Positions 61,313 through 64,000 of a stretch of DNA of 64,000 bases are shown piece by piece. This stretch comes from an uncultured Planctomycetota bacterium (GTDB taxonomy: Bacteria; Planctomycetota; Planctomycetia; Isosphaerales; Isosphaeraceae). The stretch is taken from positions 3,328,001 through 3,392,000 of the forward strand of contig CAVTTN010000002.1 of NCBI GenBank assembly GCA_963737655.1. The letters run 5' to 3'. A program made the translations under genes and the position numbers. The notes beneath the pieces are model-generated. The model saw only the letters and a program-made list of their open reading frames with translations, was not told the origin of the DNA and did no database searches. Numbering within the stretch: the stretch's first letter is position 1; every line of letters starts with the position of its first letter.

Positions 61313-63019
61313 ATGATGATGGCCAGTCGTCCCATGGTGCCGATCCTCGCCGTGATCCTGTTCGCGATGGTGGCCCGAGCGGTGGCCCATGACCGCCCTC
61401 ACGGCCCTCTTCAGAAGACTCGATCGGCCATCCTCGCGAAGCATGGGATGGCCGCGACGAGCCATCCGCTGGCCTCGGCGGCGGCGATCCGCGTCTTGCA
61501 GGACGGGGGCAACGCCATGGATGCCGCCATCGCCGCCAACGCGGTCCTCGGCGTGGTCGAGCCGATGTCATGCGGAATTGGCGGCGACCTCTTCGCGATC
61601 GTCTGGGATTCGAAGACGAAGAAGCTTTATGGCTTGAATGCGAGCGGACGCTCTCCGAAGGCCGCGACCATCGACGTGTACCGAGCGAAGGGCCTGAAGG
61701 AGATCCCCGGCGGAGGGCCGCTGAGCTGGTCGGTCCCGGGTTGCGTGGACGGCTGGGAGACCCTGCGAGCCCGGTTCGGCACGATGCCCCTCTCCGACCT
61801 GCTCGCCCCGGCGATCTTGCAGGCCGAGCAGGGTTTCCCCGTCACCGAGATCATTGCCGGGGACTGGCGAGCGGCCGAGCGCGGGCTGAGCCGAGTGCCG
61901 ACCTCCGCCGCCTGCTACCTGCCGGGCGGGCACGCGCCGGCCGAGGGGGACGTGTTCCACAACCCGGGGCTGGCCAGGACTCTCCGCCAGGTCGCCTCGG
62001 GAGGCCGCGACGCCTTCTATCGGGGGCCGATCGCCGAGGAGATCGTGGCCTATTCGGGGAAGGTCGGCGGCCTGTTCTCCATGGAGGACTTCGCGACGCA
62101 TACCGGCACCTGGGTCGAGCCGGTCTCCACGAACTATCGCGGATTCGACGTCTGGGAACTCCCGCCGAACGGCCAAGGCATCGCCGTCCTCCAGATGCTC
62201 AACCTCCTGGAACCGTATGACCTGAAGGCGATGGGCGCGCAGTCGGCCGATTCGATTCACCTGATGGTCGAGGCCAAGAAGCTGGCCTACGAGGACCGGG
62301 CAAAATATTACGCCGACCCCGAAAAGGCCAGGGTCCCGGTGGCGTCCCTGATCTCCAAGGCGTATGCCAAAACTCGCTCCTCGGCCATGAATCCCGACCG
62401 CTCGAACGACGCCCCGACGCCCGGCGACCCGCCCGAGGCCGACACCATCTACATGACCGTGGTCGATAAGGACCGCAATTGCGTGAGCCTGATCCAGAGC
62501 AACTTCAATGGGTTCGGCTCGGGGCACGTCCCGGGATCGCTCGGGTTCGCCCTGCAGAACCGGGGGTCCCTGTTCGCGCTCGACCCCAACCACCGCAACC
62601 GCCTCGAGCCGGGCAAGAGGCCGTTCCACACGATCATCCCCGGATTCGTGACGAAGGACGGCCGGCCCTGGCTGTCGTTCGGCGTGATGGGCGGGGACAT
62701 GCAGCCCCAAGGGCATGTCCAGGTGCTCACGGACATGATCGATTACGGGATGGACGTCCAGTCGGCTGGAGACGCCCCGAGATGGAGGCATCTCGGCTCG
62801 TCCGAACCGACCGGCGAGCCGGCCCGAGGCGGAGGCTCGGTGGCCCTGGAATCGGAAATCGCGCCCGAGGTTCGGAAGGCCCTCGAAAACAAGGGGCATC
62901 GCCTGACGACCAGCCGGGGCGGATTCGGCGGCTATCAGGCGATCCGGATCGACCTGGAGCGGGGAATCCTGATGGGCGGCTCCGACCCGAGGAAGGATGG
63001 GGCGGCGATGGGTTACTAG
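61313..63019 (+). CDS. ggt: Gamma-glutamyltransferase
   Basis: GGNAMDAAIA, GIGGD, SVPG, PPNGQG, DTIY (catalytic Thr), PGKRPFHTI, GVMGG..QPQ, GSDPRKDG. Confidence 0.95.
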   Translation: MMMASRPMVPILAVILFAMVARAVAHDRPHGPLQKTRSAILAKHGMAATSHPLASAAAIRVLQDGGNAMDAAIAANAVLGVVEPMSCGIGGDLFAIVWDSKTKKLYGLNASGRSPKAATIDVYRAKGLKEIPGGGPLSWSVPGCVDGWETLRARFGTMPLSDLLAPAILQAEQGFPVTEIIAGDWRAAERGLSRVPTSAACYLPGGHAPAEGDVFHNPGLARTLRQVASGGRDAFYRGPIAEEIVAYSGKVGGLFSMEDFATHTGTWVEPVSTNYRGFDVWELPPNGQGIAVLQMLNLLEPYDLKAMGAQSADSIHLMVEAKKLAYEDRAKYYADPEKARVPVASLISKAYAKTRSSAMNPDRSNDAPTPGDPPEADTIYMTVVDKDRNCVSLIQSNFNGFGSGHVPGSLGFALQNRGSLFALDPNHRNRLEPGKRPFHTIIPGFVTKDGRPWLSFGVMGGDMQPQGHVQVLTDMIDYGMDVQSAGDAPRWRHLGSSEPTGEPARGGGSVALESEIAPEVRKALENKGHRLTTSRGGFGGYQAIRIDLERGILMGGSDPRKDGAAMGY

Positions 63020-63044
63020 GCGATCCGGTGAACTGAGAGATCAG

Positions 63045-63070
63045 GCATGCCCACGAAGACGTGGGCATGC
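63045..63070. repeat. REP-like singlet hairpin (family of 5295-5379); may act as a terminator between convergent genes
   Basis: GCATGCCCACG-AAGA-CGTGGGCATGC perfect 11-bp stem. Confidence 0.75.
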
Positions 63071-63085
63071 GTCTCCACTTCGGGG

Positions 63086-64000
63086 CTAGGGCCTCGTGGC
63101 GGGGAGATTGACCTTCGGCCGGACGTCGTCGCTCATGAACGGGGGATCGGGCTTGACCGCCGGCCCTTCCAGCACCTTGAGGATGCGGTCGAGCTTCTTC
63201 TCGACCTCCGCGAGCCTCTTCTCCTGGTCGGTCGAAGTGCGGTCGCCCTGGTAGGTGAACGTCCTGGAGAGCGGGGTTGCGGGGATGGCCTCGGTGCCCG
63301 GATTCGGGACGACGTCCGCCCCGCCCTTCGGGTGGCCGTGGTCCTCGGTGCAGCGGACGAGGTGGTCCTTGTCGAGGAAGACGACCTGTTCCTCGCGCGC
63401 CGCCCGGCCATTGACGGATCGATCGAAGCGGATCGTTCCCTTGTAGTGGTCGTGGACGAGCCGGCAGTGACCGGCCAGCGGATAATTCTTGCAATCCTCG
63501 GTCTTCTGGCCGATGCGCTCGACGACGACATCGCGGTTCGGGTATCGCTCGTCGAGGAATTTGGCCCAGACTTCCTGTTCGGTCGGCGGGACGAGGCCGC
63601 GGGGCCGATCGGAGACCGGGAAGGCGATGTCAAATGCGTCTACGCGGGCCGTCGGGAGGGGCGACGCCTCGTCGGGGATGAGCCTGGCGGTGCGTGGAGG
63701 GGAGTCCTCCAGCGTCGTTTTCCGACCCGCTTGCGAGTCGGCCGAGGGCGAGGCGTCCTGACGGGCCGCGGCGGTCGTCGCCACGAGTGCGGCCCCGAGC
63801 GTGAAGGCCCCGGCCAGGAATGCGAGGTTCTTGAGCGTCATCGATTGACCTCCTTCGATCAAGGCGGACACCGACGCCGGGACCGACCCGGCGAGGAGTC
63901 CGCGTTTCACTTCCAGGGCGAGATGGGTGGTCGTCTCGACCAGCCTGCAACGCGCGGCCTTCGCCTCCACCAACCCCGAAGCGGCGATCAGGGCCGAGCC
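63086..64000 (-). CDS. 3' part of a membrane-anchored protein, probably a planctomycete ECF sigma factor with C-terminal extension (5' end outside window)
   Basis: Frame open to the window edge; LVETT..A...VPASVSALIEG..M linker then TM; tail DQEKRLAEVEKKLDRILKVLE; sigma domains not visible. Confidence 0.55.
   Translation of the reverse strand, partial: GSALIAASGLVEAKAARCRLVETTTHLALEVKRGLLAGSVPASVSALIEGGQSMTLKNLAFLAGAFTLGAALVATTAAARQDASPSADSQAGRKTTLEDSPPRTARLIPDEASPLPTARVDAFDIAFPVSDRPRGLVPPTEQEVWAKFLDERYPNRDVVVERIGQKTEDCKNYPLAGHCRLVHDHYKGTIRFDRSVNGRAAREEQVVFLDKDHLVRCTEDHGHPKGGADVVPNPGTEAIPATPLSRTFTYQGDRTSTDQEKRLAEVEKKLDRILKVLEGPAVKPDPPFMSDDVRPKVNLPATRP

Overview
High-GC bacterial chromosomal window, most likely from a Planctomycete (Isosphaeraceae-like). 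Support for this: DUF4058 and Uma2 genes, 'E-x-LE-x-R-x-L[L/M]-[S/A]' export motifs, and an ECF-type C-terminal extension. Housekeeping genes include hisC/hisD, hrpB, birA, nadC, rnpB, typA, tsaB, yidC, mnmE, rbsK and ggt. Accessory content includes a putative rare-sugar catabolic cluster interleaved with unrelated genes, an MlaE/MlaD pair, an orphan flgM with a sigma-28-like promoter, and a surface-glycan locus with WbdA-like GT4 enzymes, small coiled-coil partners, a secreted beta-helix protein and a GT-C-like membrane protein. The best-supported unexplained signal is a 141-bp non-autonomous element present twice (2496-2636 and 40350-40490). Each copy has a perfect 9-bp target-site duplication, imperfect terminal inverted repeats and an internal REP-like doublet; one copy has inserted into the arm of another palindromic repeat. 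At least eight genes carry single-base frameshifts, including yidC, mnmE and hisD, which most likely reflects sequencing or assembly error. All protein calls are by motif recognition only; no database searches were run.
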